A stretch of 60,800 nucleotides of DNA, the filler included, from Sphacelaria rigidula (taxonomy: Eukaryota), in NCBI GenBank assembly GCA_964200075.2. It is 7 parts of 7 records of this genome, joined end to end, with 100 filler letters (N's around TTAATTAATTAA, not from the genome) between each part and the next. Parts side by side here need not be neighbours in the genome. Positions count along the whole stretch, not along the records: positions 34,803 to 43,402 come from CAXNAA020010634.1; positions 43,503 to 52,101 come from CAXNAA020010635.1; 5 more parts are not named here. One strand, 5' to 3'. Position numbers and translations under genes: made by a program. Under the pieces are notes generated by a model. The model did no database searches. It was not told the origin of the DNA and was given only the letters and a program-made list of their open reading frames with translations. Shown in pieces: positions 36,901-51,485 of the stretch (positions are counted from its first letter, which is position 1; every line of letters begins with the position of its first letter).

Positions 36901-38829
36901 TACAGTAAAACTGAGCAGCTGCGTTAAGCAGCGAACTCGGGCGCACAGCAGTTATGGCACCCAAGAATACAGCAAAGCGGTGTAGAGAATCATTTCATCT
37001 TGGCGTCAACTGTGATGTGGTGTATAAAGCAAGCATCAAGCTGGCTCATCTCACAGCTCCTTGCACGATTGGCTTTCACATTTCGATCCTGTGCACTCAC
37101 CCGTGAGAGCAAGTTTTTATCTCAAGGCGTAAGGGAGATCACACCGCTTCAACGTTTTCATTGCTCTGTGCGAAAGATAGGACCTGCCACCGCGTGTAAA
37201 GCAAGCATAGCATAACATGGTCTTTTACGTGGTCGCAGGTGATACCCCCCCCTAGCTTCATGTAACATCATGTTTCCCTGTGTACGCCTTCGTGCGCTTC
37301 ACTCACTATCTGTTTGGCGGTTTGCCTCTCGCTTACAACGTGTCAAGGCTAAAGCAAGGTTGGATAGCAGCAGATCGATGATAGTACTTGGGGCGGGGGA
37401 TTGCACTTTAAATACCCGCTATCCTGTTGAATGCATATACATATGGCACCGCTGTCATGCAACATGCACCCCAAGCATCACTACATTGGCTCTTACCTAG
37501 ATGCAGCATGAGGCAATCGTTATCCGAACGGTATCCGGTAAACCGTGAAATGAATGCAAGCGGGTAGCACGATGTGATCAGGCCGAGCCATCATTACCTT
37601 TCCTTCCCTTGGTTGTAGCTTGTCATGGCAGGGCAAAGTTGACTGATGACATCGCCAAGTTCTTCAAACACATGGACCCGAGTGATGGACGCAGTGCGAT
37701 CAGTTGAACTTTCAAATCCTCCGCGGTTATACTATGAAATGTATAGACTTTACGGATCTTTCATGTTGACTGTACGGCATGCAGTATGAACCCAACCTGA
37801 ACAGCTGTAACCGCTGTTACGGGCGCACCCCAAACATCAAACTCAGTCGTTCGGCAATAACCGCTGCGCTAACGCTGTGGACACGCATCTTCAGGTGACA
37901 TAGGATAAACACAGCCGACAACGCGTTCAAGCGCACATGGGATTGACCAAGGACCAGTTCGTTCATTCGTCATTCTCCGGCAGCAAAATTCGTCATCACA
38001 TGCGGGGTTCTCGTTTGAGGCGAACAACGAATCTTCATATATGGGGGCCGAAACATCACTGTGGTGTATGCGTTGTTGAAGGAGCGCATTTCGGTAAATG
38101 GCAAGAGGAGTGATCAATATGTCACAGATGACAACAGTCGACACAATAGTCCCGGTTGTAGAAGCGCCATGATACAAACAGAATAGTGTTGTTCATAGTG
38201 GTCGTCCACATGCTTATCTCTACTGTGCGAGCCGATATCCTAGAGCGAACACGTATCTAGTTAAGTCAAATCATGCATAGACAAATGCGTGATGATTAAT
38301 ATATATATATATCATGTTGAATACGCAGGAACACATTGAAAATACACAATCCCGATTGTGTACTACTTCATTTCTAACTACTCTGCCGACCTTCATGCAT
38401 CTGCTCGTTGTCTGAATCAATCCTCGTTACAGTCTCACCGTTATGCCTGAAATAATCGTAAGCTCACAGCACGTGGGTAAGTACAATGCAGAACGATACA
38501 CGACGAGAGTCGCGATATCTTGATTACCGCTTTAGGTTGATTCGAATTATTTTCCTTTCTTGGTGGGATTTACCTCAGCACTCAAAAGAGAGTGAATCCC
38601 AGGGTGCCAGCTGGATCGATTCTTGTAAAGAACCGAATCCAACCAGATGTTAAGAGGCCTGTTTATGTATGTCGTCTTTTGACGGATTACACCGCCTTCA
38701 CCCCTGATCACGGTACTAGCCAGTTCCCGCAATCAGCCCTCCGGGCGTCGTGCCGTTTTGAAACCGATGGCCCATCATCGTACTATCTCCATTCACCCCG
38801 CCACGCCGCGATCTGTAACACAAGCCTAG

Positions 38830-41800
38830 ATGGTACAGTCTGGCATTTTGAGGGTACGTTCGCATAACAGTATTGCAGCGTGGGATGGTACGGCAAAGAG
38901 TGGTGAGGAAGTAAGAGAGAAGTTCATGGTTTTCAAGCTACAGATGACAGCGTACTTTAAGCAAGAGTCCTGTGAAGAGGCTCTTTACACATTTTTTCCA
39001 ATTAGGGTACATTTTCAAAATGAGCGGGATTTGATCGAGAGGTTTGGGACCGAGTTGGTGGGGAAGGCCAGCAGAGCATGGAGCATACTAGTCGAAAAAA
39101 TTACTTTCACTCCGCTTGTGTAACAACTAGTGAGACTGGGAAACCCCAGCGAGGGATGGAAGTACGTTGTAGACTACTACACCGTTTCTCCAACCACCGA
39201 AAAGGCACAGTTGGACCATGCATGGCAGACACTCGATATGAACTTGGGAGAGGACCCCCGTATGTTTCTAGATAGAGCGAAATTGAGAAGGTACAAACGC
39301 ACTAGGCTTGGAGTCGTGATATCAGATGCAGATGCGAATCGGCACTACATACGCCGCCTTTCAAGTGACTTCGACATCGTTCGTGGTGTATTGCTTGCTT
39401 TCGATGAAGTAACAACAGATACCCTGGAGCGCAAGGTGATGACGGCGCATGGTGAGATGGAACTGGCCAGGAGTAGGGCGGGAAGGAATCAGGATGGGGT
39501 ACAAGGCCACGCGCTCGTCGCTGTCACTGGGGGTGGCAGAGGTGGGGGCGTGCTGTAAAAGGGACGACAACAGGGCGGTGAGGGACGTCGACAGCAGGGT
39601 GGTGTTTTTTGTCATTTCCACAATACGACCCATCACGATGACTCTGAATGCCACGCACAACGAAACATGCACGCACAAGAAAGTCGTGGTGATCGTGGTG
39701 CGTGGAATGATGTTCGCCAGCAGCAATATCAAAGTACAGATAGTTTTGGAGGCCGTGGGGGTAGTGGATGCGGTAGGATTCCCACCCAATCACCGCAGCT
39801 CACTCAGCAACAACAACAGCAGCAACAACGCCAACAACCCCAGCAACATCAGCAGCAAGCGAGATGTGGAGGACGGGGCGCAGGGCGTGGATTTGGTCAC
39901 AGGTACGGTGCTTCGGGGCGTGGGGGCGGCAATACCCATCCCGGCAGCCAACTACCCCACTATGATCCGCCGCAAGGTGGGTATGACTACTCAGCTTATC
40001 CTGATGGCTTATACCGCTCTGTAGGCAACGAACCCCCAGTTCACCACGCCGACCCCCGTAAACGATGCATCACATGCGATGAACTGGGCCACATGCATAC
40101 TTTTTGCCCGTGGCGTAGAGTAGTGACGCCGCAAGTCGATTCGGGGGTACGTCATGCGAATCCCACCCAGAATCAACCTCGTCACGGAGGACACCAGCCC
40201 CCCCCCTGGACTCATTCCTACGGATCGGTCAACACCGTGCAACATTACGGTGACCAAGGGGGGTACGAAGAGAGCAGCCGCGACGAAAAACAGTGGAACG
40301 GAACGGAAGAAGACGGGTGGGTGTTGGAAGTTAGCAGCGACTTCAGCGGTGCAGGCTACGCGCACTGTATCCAATTTCCCCGCGACCCCCCGCAATCCTC
40401 CGCAGCTGCCACCAACTATCAGATCCAGCCATCACCGCAGCAAGGTGAACTTCAACTGCAACACCCTCACCAACTACAACAGCAACAACAACCTCATCAC
40501 GCCCAACCTGATTCCAACCTGCCTTCCTCCGGTTCAGCTGCATCCTCTACGCCGCTTCACCTGTACATGGCACATTCTGTGTCCCGAGGCGAGTCACGTT
40601 TTGAGTTGGGTGATTTTACTTTGGGGATTGCTTTGCTTAACCAGAGTGGGTCGGGGTTTGACGTGGATGATGGTACAGAGGAGTGAATAAGTGATAATGG
40701 TGCTTCACACCATATCACTGGTTCAATAGTTGGTATGTTTGATTTACGCCCCCCCCCCAAAGGAAATGAGCACGTGATTGTGGGGAACGGGACAATTCTC
40801 CCCGTCAGAGCAGTAGGGAGTTTGAAGCTCGAATTCCACATGAGAAATTCCACCGCCCCGACATCTGTCGGTGCGTCCTCAGAATTTTGCGTGCAATTGA
40901 CTGACGTTTACGTACTTGAAGGTATACATTTCAACCTTCTTTCTCTGCACCAAGTGCAGAAGAAGCATGATGTACTCTTAACTGAAATAGGAGTATATAT
41001 GTTTGACGGTAGGCTTCGCTTCGATCGCAATGAGCGGTCTTCGTCACAAAGGGCCACTCGTTTACCGTCAACATATGAGAACCCCCCACTTGCCGTACCA
41101 GCTGTAAGCGCTGTAACTGCCCCTCCCCCAAGCGTTCGTGTCCAGTCCGTTCCTCCGGCGAACGTGGTAACTTCAAGTGTTGGTGTACAGTCCGCTTCAC
41201 CGGCAAGCGTTGTAATTGCCCCTCCCCCAAGCGCTCGTGTCAAGTCCGTTCATCCGGCGAACGTGGTAACTTCAAGTGTTGGTGTACAGTCCGCTTCACC
41301 GGCAAGCGTTGTAACTGCTCCCACGAATGGTGTTGCTTCCCTCCGTGCAGTCCAAGGGCTTCACTGTCCAGACTTGAGTGTATTCAAGGATGAAGCCCTG
41401 ATGGCTGGATTTGACATGACCCCCTCCTCCGAAGATTTTTTCCGCGTTTTCTGATCGAAGAAATGGGATTTTGGGCTTAAAACGGGATGGCCCTTGCTGT
41501 TCTTGCCCCCAGCCCTCATCCATTTTCAGTGGGAAAACCAACGCAAGAAGTCGACCTTAATTTTTCCACGTTTCCCTCCCCCACATTCATGAGACGTTAC
41601 TCCGAGAAACTGAAAAACAACAGGGCATTTCATTGACGGGGGTACTGGCGCCGTGTGCTGGGTGTTTGGAAGCGAAGGGACAGAGAGCAGGTATTCCTCG
41701 AAGCCTGGGAACGAGGGCAACGACTGTACTTGGCAGGGTGCATCTCGACCTCACCGGTCCACACCCTCGTACTTTGGGCGCATCAACCCATATGCTGGGC

Positions 41801-43402
41801 TGCGTCGACAGCAAGTCGCGCTTCATGATGTTTTATGGCCTCGCACGTAAGTCTGACACGCTGGCGAAGGTGAAACGTTTCATCGCCGACGTCAGCGCCA
41901 TCGGTACCCCCGGTTGTTTTCGCATGGACAACGTGGGCGAGTTCACCTCCACCGATTTCGGCGCATTCTGCGACGATGCAACGATTCGTCGTGAGTACAC
42001 TGCCCCTGACACTCCGAAGCACAACGCTGTGGTGGAAAATGCAATTTGGAGGGTCATGAAGGGGGGCCATGCCGCCCGTCTCGAAGCGCGACGTCTGTTC
42101 CCGGAGTGCCGCTTCGACGACATACCTCACCTGGGGGAGAACATGGAGCGCCTGTGGCTGGAGGCCGCGGTGTGGGCAGCGGACGGGTTCAATCGTTCCG
42201 CTACTACGGCGAACCCGGGAATACTGTCGCCGTATGAAGTGTTCACCGGCAAGCGCCCGCCGCGACAGATTGTGCCGTTTCTGCAACCCAGCATGATGCG
42301 GGTCAACCGCCGAGGCAAGATGGATGCTCAGTCCGTGGCTTGCCATTACCTCATTAATGGCAGTAACCATTCTTCATCGACGGTCGAGGTCCTGAAGGCT
42401 GCTACCGGTGCCGTCTGCTACACCAACAACGTTGTCTGGACAATACCGCGTGTGCCACTGCAGTCGTCGGCAACGCCGATCGTCGGGGGGGAGGAGGCCC
42501 ATTCCAGTACCGTCGCCGCCGCCGCCGCCGCGCCGTCAGCAGAGCAGCATCACGGGACGCCGCTCGCCGGGGGGGGGAAGGTCCAAACGCCGCTCGTCGG
42601 GGGGGAGGAGGTTCATGGCAGCACCAGCACCGCCGTCGCCACACCGCTGCTCCCGCCGACGTATCACACAGTGGAGTTCGAACCGCCGCCGCCGCGCCCG
42701 CCGACTCCGCTGACTGAGCCGGTACTACCGCCGCCGACGGACCCGTCCACTACGCCGATGCACCGATCGCCGCCGACATCCCCGCCGATATTCTCCGGCT
42801 CTTCGGCCCCGATACCGTCCCCGATCCCGTCAGCATCTTCCTCGGCTGCGTCGCGCGATGCATCATCCGCCCCTGAAGTGGGGGATCATTCTTTCTCGCC
42901 GCTTCCAATCAACGTGAGGAAGGAGCTGGATCTGGAAACAGACCCCCAGCAGCCAGGGTGGATGCGGTCAGGGTCGACGCAATACAAGACCGACGAGGCT
43001 GCACTCTTGCACCACAGCTGGGGACTCATGCAGCAGATGGATGAGCGATCTTCGCTGTCTGCTCTCCTCACGCGCGGCGTGGTTGATGCGGGGCGACAGG
43101 GCGAGGATGGTGAGAAAGGGGGGCCAGGGGGGATACCGATGTGACTCGCGACGAGGCTGGCGACGCGTGAAGATATAAATACCGCTTTGCGTGAGCAGCG
43201 CCCGCCGCATATCCCACCGGAACTCCCACATTGTCCAGCAAAGGATCTTAAGGTCCCCAACGGATACACGCAGGTGGTGCGCTCGGAGTACGGTGATTTA
43301 TGGAGGGACTCGATGGGGCGGGAATGGCGGGGAATTCTGGAGGCGGGGACGATAGACTCAGCGGAAGAGCAACTCGTGGGCAACTGTATCCATGCAAAGT
43401 GG
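38830..43402 (+). mobile_element. Decayed Ty1/copia LTR retrotransposon (gag-PR-IN-RT start), truncated at contig end
   Basis: UBN2-type gag (MNLGEDPRMFLDRA, YIRRLSSDFDIVR); CCHC knuckle CITCDELGHMHTFC; protease *ISDNGASHHITG; pre-integrase H...H...CAGCLEAKG; integrase HLDLTGP / RMDNVGEF / NAVVENAIWRV; RT start PNGYTQVVRSEYGDLWRDSMGREWRG...AKW; stops at 39121, 40684, 43142 plus frameshifts. Confidence 0.95.
41107..41320 (+). repeat. 99-bp tandem duplication (~2.2 copies) in copia PR-IN linker
   Basis: APPPSVRVQSVPPANVVTSSVGVQSASPASVVI repeated in frame. Confidence 0.9.
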
Positions 43403-46400
43403 NNNNNNNNNNNNNNNNNNNNNNNNNNNNNNNNNNNNNNNNNNNNTTAATTAATTAANNNNNNNNNNNNNNNNNNNNNNNNNNNNNNNNNNNNNNNNNN
43501 NNTCCCCGTCCTGTTTCGCCGTCTCTGGCCACCATCTATCCCCTAGTATAGCCATCGTTTTCTCCCTACTTGGTCAGAAGGGGGGGCGATTTATCGGGGC
43601 GCGGTGTTGGGTTTGATACGCCAATTGATTCAATACCGTCAAGGGTTAGGGCCAACTTGGGGCGCTTTTGGATACGATTCGTCAGGACGCGGGGTTGATA
43701 GAGCTGTGCTGATAATAACCGGCGTTTATAATAGGGGCCAAAATGGGCGTTTCGACCGTGCGACAATGCCCGTGCACCTTGCGGGTGAACGCCGCCCTGC
43801 TGGGAAACCCCCGGTCTGTTCGGGTGATACGAATCACCATTTTTCTCTCGCCTTCGATGAGAAAGACGGGGCAATTTCTCGTCACATGTTTCGAACCATA
43901 TATTCATCCCCATTTTTCACAATTTCATCCCCTCGTATTTCATCATCTTTCGATGCGACAGGGCCTAGCACAACCAATCGACAACTAGGAGGAGCATAAC
44001 AGTCAACAACGATACGCACGTCAAACATGCCGCAAACGACTTTTTTTTTTTTAATGTCCCAACAACAACCATTGTGCACCGCCAGTGTGTACACGTACAC
44101 ACGAACCAAACATGAGAGTTTAGATACAAGAAAGAAAAAAAAAGGATCAGGTAGTGAACCAGGTGGACGAAGAGAGTACATTTTATCAAGACAGTAGAGT
44201 TTGTAAAGGGAGAGCAAAAGGCAAGGCCGCAGATCTACAGGGAAAAATACGCAAGCACAAAAACAGAAGCGATCAAGGAAAAGGAAATGCCCGGAATGTG
44301 CTGCCGGAATGTACCACACCCTGGAAAATGTTATGTCAATAGTTGCAGTTGGCCTGTACTTTGCGCAGTACATTTTTCGTCTAATGCAATTTTTGACCAT
44401 ATATTTTCTAGGGTGTGAAAATGTACACGCACACAACTACACACAGTCGTGAAACGCGTGGAGCAACCACAGTTCACAAGAAGAAAAAAAATTGACAGGT
44501 GATCACACAAGGGCAGGCCAGCAATGCGAAACACACATGATGTGTACAAACACTTTACTGCTCTCCCTCATGGGCTTCTTTATGCGTGTTCATATTAGTT
44601 TCATAAGCCCCTACGGGGAAGATCCCTACGGGGAAGATCTAATGGCGGAGAGAGCGACTGGACGCTGTTGCACAAGCGGCACTCGGAACGACCCGAGGAC
44701 CCGAGGTGCCCTCGTCCATTTTCTGGGGGATCTCCTGTATTGTAACTATTTCACACATTGGACAATACACGGTCAATAGTTGCAACATCCTAAAAATATA
44801 CCGCATAGTATGGTATAGGCCTATTGCACGTGTTGTCGGGTCTTTACCTAACCCTTAGACCGCGATCCGCGTAGTCCGTCTGGATCGCGCGTGCTTCAAG
44901 TGAAATTGATGCCGATTCAGCAGGTAACCAAATCCTCGCGGTCAAAGGGATAACGCGGTGCATTTCTCGTCTACTGCAACTATTGACTACTCTGGAGTAC
45001 TATTGTATACACTGTCCAAGGTGCAAAGTATTCAAGTATTCTCTCTGACAGATACACCAAAACAAAGCAAAGGCAGGTCAACCAGCCACACGAATGTCAC
45101 AATTCTCACGGTAAGTCAAGTAAACACACACACACGACAAACACGTGACGCATACCTCCGAATATGTAGATGCTGTCCTTCAACACAGCCGCCGCGTGTA
45201 ACGAGCGCTGGCAAGGCGCCCCCCCATCGGGCGCACAGTCCACCTTAGACCATCCCCACACCGCCGAAGACATACCCTCCGGGACACGGCAGAAGCTGAT
45301 CCAGCTATAGCTGCTGCAAATACGCCACTCACCACTACCGAAGAACCCGCGATCCCCACAGATAACGGACAGTACTTGGTATGGCTACAAAAAATACACT
45401 GCCCCTTATCAATGGCAGAAAGGGGGGTGGGGGAGTGCTGCACCGCAGACGGTAAGTGACACAAGAAACACACCACCGAGCTGGCGTGCACACAACACAC
45501 ACACCGCGTGCTTGATGTGTACGCCTGGTGTGTGGATATATATATGTATGTATATATACTTCAACCGTGGACAAAAGGAGGATGATTGATGTCGGCAGTA
45601 GATAGGACACACCACGCTCGGTAACACGCCGGCGCGTCCCTGTGCTGTAGACCTTGCTTTGCTCCGCCGTCACAGCCCGCCCCCCCGCCCCCCTACACAC
45701 TTGCCAAGAGAAAGCGAGCGCGCCTGCTGCCAGCTGTCCTCCTCTTCCTACGTAGTCTGGCGGACGTGAAGAGAAAACTCGCAGAAATAGCTGGCCTTTC
45801 CGTCAACTCTCCCCGCTTCCACGTTCTGCTCTACTGATGTTGGCGATGGGTGATGTGTTGTCGCTCTCGAGTGTGTGCGCGTGTGTGTGTATGTCTCTTC
45901 AGACGATCCAGTCACAGGCCCCCAAACCAACCCCGGTGTGTACCACTATCACACCATTGCATGTAAGTAATGCACGCGCACGAGATGGATGACATACATT
46001 TGTTTTGTTGTTTTTTGGAAAAAGACGCCAAGACACGAGACACACAAACGCAAGCACGCAGGGAAGGAAGGAAGGAATGGTACACCGGTGCGCGCGACGC
46101 AGCATGGGCGGGGACAAGCAAAGGAGAAAAGAGAAAGGATGAAAAATCGATCGCTTTTTTTACCGATGACGAACATCACAAAATCGAATTATGACGGCTT
46201 GGAGAGGGGTGGCGGTAGCGGCAGCGGCAGCGGCGCGTACATTGAGCGGTGGTTCGCTTTACTCATCTCTCACGCACCTATTATTACACTGTCAGGGCTT
46301 TATGTTGGTGTCGACAGCGCTGTGCGCGGAGCGTGTGGGTACGGTAAAAAACACCCGAATGACCCTTCGTGCTGCTTCGACCACAAGTAGAGTCGTCCAC

Positions 46401-47837
46401 GGTGCGAACGCAAAATACAGCTACACGGTATTGTAACAGTCAGTTCAAGCACGAAGAGCTGGCCAGCGGGCAGACCGTCCAAAATCGGCATGGGGGGGTA
46501 CGATACGGTACGGTACGGTACACCACCGTCTGTACAATACAACAACAGCACTATACCTTATGTGACACCAAAGACTCCCACCAAGGGAATCACAAACGCG
46601 CAGTACCCCCCACAGAACGGTAATTATGGAAATTCACCGTATCAGACGACTATTCAAAATGGCACAACTGCAGTGCGGTCAGGAATGTCACAGAAAGGCA
46701 GTCTGGTCTGTGTGAGCCTGTCCTGCACCTTCGTGGCACCATCCTCTGCCGGGTTGATCTATACATATATACGCATTTGTGCATTCCAGCATCTATCCAC
46801 GAAAAATCAAGCATAGGTCAAAGACCTTCCTTACCTTGAGATACAGGAGTACGCACAGGGGTATCTCGCAACTGATGAGCGCCGCGTGAGGTTCATGACT
46901 CCGGTCTCCCTCAACAATACGATGGTCGGTGTTTTTCTTTTTTTGCCCATGTTGGTCAGGGGTATACACCATACTCTACATTACATATACCATGTGTGCG
47001 ACACACGGTTTGTCTTCTGCCTCAAGAAAAATCTCGGGAGAGAGCAGGGAAGGGTCCACACCCTGGGCAATGGATTACACTGTCGAAAATATACTACCTA
47101 CAGCATGAAACCTATTGTCTGTTGTTTCCATAGGCGCAATAGTCGACACTACACGCAATACACTTTTTGAACGTGTATTCTCTTGTTCAGAGTGTGGAGG
47201 GGGGAGAAAGGAAGGGGGGGGGGGGGTCGACGGGTTGGAAGACACCGTCAGCCAGCCAGCTTGCAAAACCCTACCAGGTAACGGTTGGTCACGAAACCAT
47301 CGAGATACTCGAAGTGCCAATTGCGTGGGCCGTCAAATCGTAATTTCATGTTGGCGGTGCACTATTGCGCAGCAAAACCCATCACACCCAAGACAAAATA
47401 TAGTATCGGGGGGAAAACTGTAAGAATGCGTTCAGTATCGAATCTGTTGTCTACTGCAGTAGACGATAGATTCGATACTGTACGCATTCTTACACCTTTT
47501 TTTTTCCCGCCGACTTGAATCTATTGTTAAACCAGGCTGTACAGTCCACTCAGTATAAAGAAGTTCGGTACTGACTAGGAGGAGTGTGCGCAGTGTGCTT
47601 CTGCCAAGGCGCCGCAGAGTTCTTCGGTCGTTTTCCTGTTCATGTTCATTTCAAAAACTTGAAAATGCCACGTGTCGAAGTTCTGTGACACATGATGCCG
47701 CATAATTCTACACCCTGGCCAATAGATCACGCCGACGAAAAATATACTGCGTACAGTATAAACAATCTTGTCTCTTGCAATAGACAAAATAGTCGATACT
47801 GCACGCAGTGCACGTTTTGACAATATAACCTGTTGCC

Positions 47838-48228
47838 AACACTTTTGAAGATAGCCCCCCTCAAAACCAGCCCAGAAGAGTCACGAAAAATATGTTTCGT
47901 TTTAGTTTGGCTTGGGTTCAGGCTGCATGAAGCGCCCCATATTGACGATATTGGCGAGAACGAACCCAAGCGTGGGAAATCCCAGCTGCTGGATGTGCTC
48001 GGCTTTTCCCATGTCGATTTACGTGGAGATTTTGCTTCCCAAAACCATGCACTTTGGGGGGGGGGGGGGGGGGGGGGGGAGAAGGTGAGGACTCTTTGCG
48101 GCGCGTTACCCCCTCACCCATTGTTTTCTTTTTTGTTTCGTTTGTGACTGTCNNNNNNNNNNGTGTTTGGTGGGGGTGTTTGCTTGGTGTGTGTGTTTGT
48201 GTTGTGTGGGGTTGTGGTGGTGGGGAGT

Positions 48229-48265
<37 letters not shown>

Positions 48266-48282
48266 CTATCGTAGAAAGTGTC
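47838..48282. mobile_element. GAC/AAC-terminal MITE nested in a CACACCC MITE
   Basis: aacacttttgaagatagcccc...ggggctatcgtagaaagtgtc; TSD TGCC both sides; host MITE resumes as ccaggatgtg; contains a 10-N gap. Confidence 0.75.
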
Positions 48283-51200
48283 TGCCCAGGATGTGCATGA
48301 TACCCACATTTGGATATGTATATGTCCGTGTGTGAATCGTTCATGAAAGAAAACGGTTTCAAATAATCAGTCATGTGCGAAAACTGGTCGTTGTGGGCGG
48401 CGAACGACCACGCAGCGTAAAAACTTCAACCATAGTATGTCAAGCGGACAATTTTTCTGCATTCTAAAAAAATGAAATCTCTTGGTCAAGGTATGGAAGT
48501 TGAACTTTCCTTGCCAGCTACCGTTCCATACTTTTTCTCAACAGTCGACACGGATGCTATTTACAGGTGTATTCATCGCCGGGTCCACATAAGGATCAGC
48601 GAGTACGGGTTCGCAGCTTTTTTTTTGTTATCGTATCTTCACCAGCTCAGGTGGCTCGGGTGTAGGAGAGATTAAATCAATACGACGCAGACCAGCGAAA
48701 AAAAACTTGAACTGCTGCTGCTGCTGCTGCTGCTACTGCTACTTCTACTAGTGATAAGTAATGGCAAAAATGAGAATAGCTCCTCTTCTTCTCCAGAACC
48801 ACGAAACCGCTACTGTATGTCCCATCTCTCCATCATGACAGGTGAAAAAACGAGCATACTCAAGAAGGAACACGACGAAATGCATGATGACTTGTACATC
48901 CTTACCTACATAAAAGGTGATAAGACTAGCCCGCGGCGCTGTCGTACAGTCAGAGTACTCCTACGCTTCGTGAAGCAACGCAGCTGCACCCCTTGCCCCC
49001 TCCCTCCTCTTGCACAGATCATTTGTTACCCATAAGTTTAAAACCATTCCGCAGCCCGAAATTATATGTATTGCTTGTTTATGCTACGGTTGGTCATCTG
49101 CAGCAATACCATGGACTCTACTAAGCAATCTAATTAGTGCATGCAGTTTTTTCCCTGTACAGGAGGTGATCGATCTGTGGGGTACGCCCCCTTTCCCCCC
49201 TTCCCCACCCCCCAATCCTTCCACGCATGCGGTGCAGCACAACAGGTCAGGCATTCACGGATGAACACACGCCAATCAGAGACCGTCCGTCAAGGAACAG
49301 TCATGACTTGGGGCCAAGGGAAACCTAGCTTCACGAGTATTTCATCCACCTCTCCCTCTCTCCCTAGACGAGTACCAGATCGTTGTTCATTCTCACGCCA
49401 TGTCGAGGATGGCGCGCTCACAAGTGAGGTACGCGGGGAACGCAGGGGACCATCGGGTAGGGTCACAGAGCTCATCACTCCGAGCGACGAACCCTCACCC
49501 CTGCCCCCCAAAACCGGTAAACGAAGGTGGCATGAAAACATTGGATACAAAGAACAGCAGCGAGAAAACGACAGCTATACTAGGAGATAGATGGCTATAG
49601 ACGGCGAATCAGGAAGGGGTTCAGATATGTAAAAACAAAAACAAAAAAACATGAAAATTATGGAGGAAACGTAAAAATCGTCTTAATAATGTATGAGGTG
49701 TCCCTCGTGGGAGTACGAAAGGTGCTTCATCTCGAAAGGCATGCGTTATCAACGGTCAAACGACTAAGGCAAGCAACAAATGAGTACGCCCCCCCCCCAG
49801 AAAAAATCAACCATGGTTTCTTATTAAAGAAAGGCATCGCACCGATCTGCCATCAGAGCCAGAGATCGCATGCGCTGAAGTTTCTCGACTACATACATCC
49901 TGGAATACGGCTTTGGGCGACAGAGTAATCACAGGTGACATGAAGAAAAATGGAGGTCATGGAGGAGTTTTTAGTCAACCGAGTGACATGCAAAGTCCGG
50001 GTGCCACTAGAGTGCGGTCAAAATTAATATTTCAAGGGCACATCGAGTAGAGTATGTACTTTTGAATACTCGGGGAAAAAATGCTGGAGTATTTACTCTA
50101 CTCGAACCTCTGAGTAGGTTAGGTACGGCCTCAAAAACTCCTCTCAAAATTTGGGTAGGTTGAGTGTGTGTGTTTTGTCCTTCCATCTATTGTGGACGCC
50201 GGTCTACACCTTTCGGTATATGTGGGCGCACCAGCCGGGGTCACACAGGAGGAAGGTCAACACAGGAGTTTTCTCTTTCTTGTTTGTTTTTAGTACCCCA
50301 CCTTCCTTTTGCGGTGCTTGCCTTTATTCTTTTATCGCGAGAGGGGTATAGCAGTTCCCTATCCCTCGTCGACCGTTAAGTCGAATTTTGTGTACCCACG
50401 ACATAGTCGCTCTCCAGATTGAGTACGACCTCGAATACTCTGCTCAAATATTGGGTGTTATATGGTCGATAAACAGACATAATGTAACGGTTACCTCGAG
50501 AGAGCTACCGTTGAGGCCAATGTATGACACAGTCGGACAGTGAGTGTGACTTATCCTACCCGGACGGTGTGTGTGTAGGTTGTAGCTCCTCACTCGGTGA
50601 AAGGGTACGGAGTGTGCGGAGCCGCAACGTGGACTTGAACAGGACGGACCTTGCAAGTCGGTTTGGGTTGAGACACAGAGTGACAGAGAAGGGGATGCGT
50701 CCACGAGAAAGCATCCCGAGACAGGAGAATGACAATCCCAGACTGGGGATTGGATGATGATAGTGCCAGGGTGACAGACCCGGGAAGACGGTCCGGGTTG
50801 ACTAGCCCGGGGTTATTAGTAAGCGGGTCGGGTCATATAGAGGTCCTAATGACGTACCCCCCAGCTACAGCGGTGTTAGCGCGCGACTCCGCCGAAGCTA
50901 AAGACTGGGATTTAAACCTCCAGAGGAATAATAACATAGACACTGTCAGTAATATTGAGGTATAGAGTATCACTTGGGTATGATGAGTAACCTTGACCGT
51001 CGGCGACTTCGTGATGTCACTTCAAAGGCTATGTTGAATATACTGGCGAACGATGGCGATCAATGACATGAGTGACGTTACGTCACGGGCTACGAGCTGG
51101 ACCGGCCATCAGTGATTTTCAAACGAAGAGTGGAGATGCTGTTGGCAATTCGAAGAGTTGGGCGCTGAAATTTTGACACGATATTTTCATCATCAGTCCA

Positions 51201-51414
51201 CGCAACCTTGTAAGGGGTCTCGCGAAAAAAACAACAACGGGAAATTAAAGCGAGTTGAAGTTTCAGCAAAAACAGGGAAAATACTATAACTTCCTCAAAA
51301 TTGAATAAAACGACGACAACGCTCCGGCACATACGGGCACTGGCGTCAAGCACACCCTTGTAAAGTTTCGGCCTAAAGTAAGTAAACGAAGGCTTAGCGT
51401 CGCACGTTTGGTGT

Positions 51415-51485
51415 GATCCCGGTGGTCAGACTGATACAACAGCTTCAAATGACACAGTTCATGGGTTCGAATCCCAACACGACAA
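51415..51485 (+). other. Degenerate tRNA-like / Pol III promoter sequence (possible SINE head)
   Basis: ggtggtcagactgata (A-box-like) and ggttcgaatccc (B box); no convincing cloverleaf. Confidence 0.4.

Noticed and set aside
38545-38730. 5' LTR and primer-binding site of the copia element
   Set aside because: No second LTR on the contig to confirm it, and the candidate PBS (cggtactagccag) is not a clear tRNA complement
45700-50970. Exon candidates on contig 6 (e.g. ~46837-46910 -, ~47570-47636 -, ~48842-48916 +, ~49290-49500 -, ORFs 50524-50965 +)
   Set aside because: Plausible splice sites but no recognisable protein family, and no consistent strand or phase chain could be built
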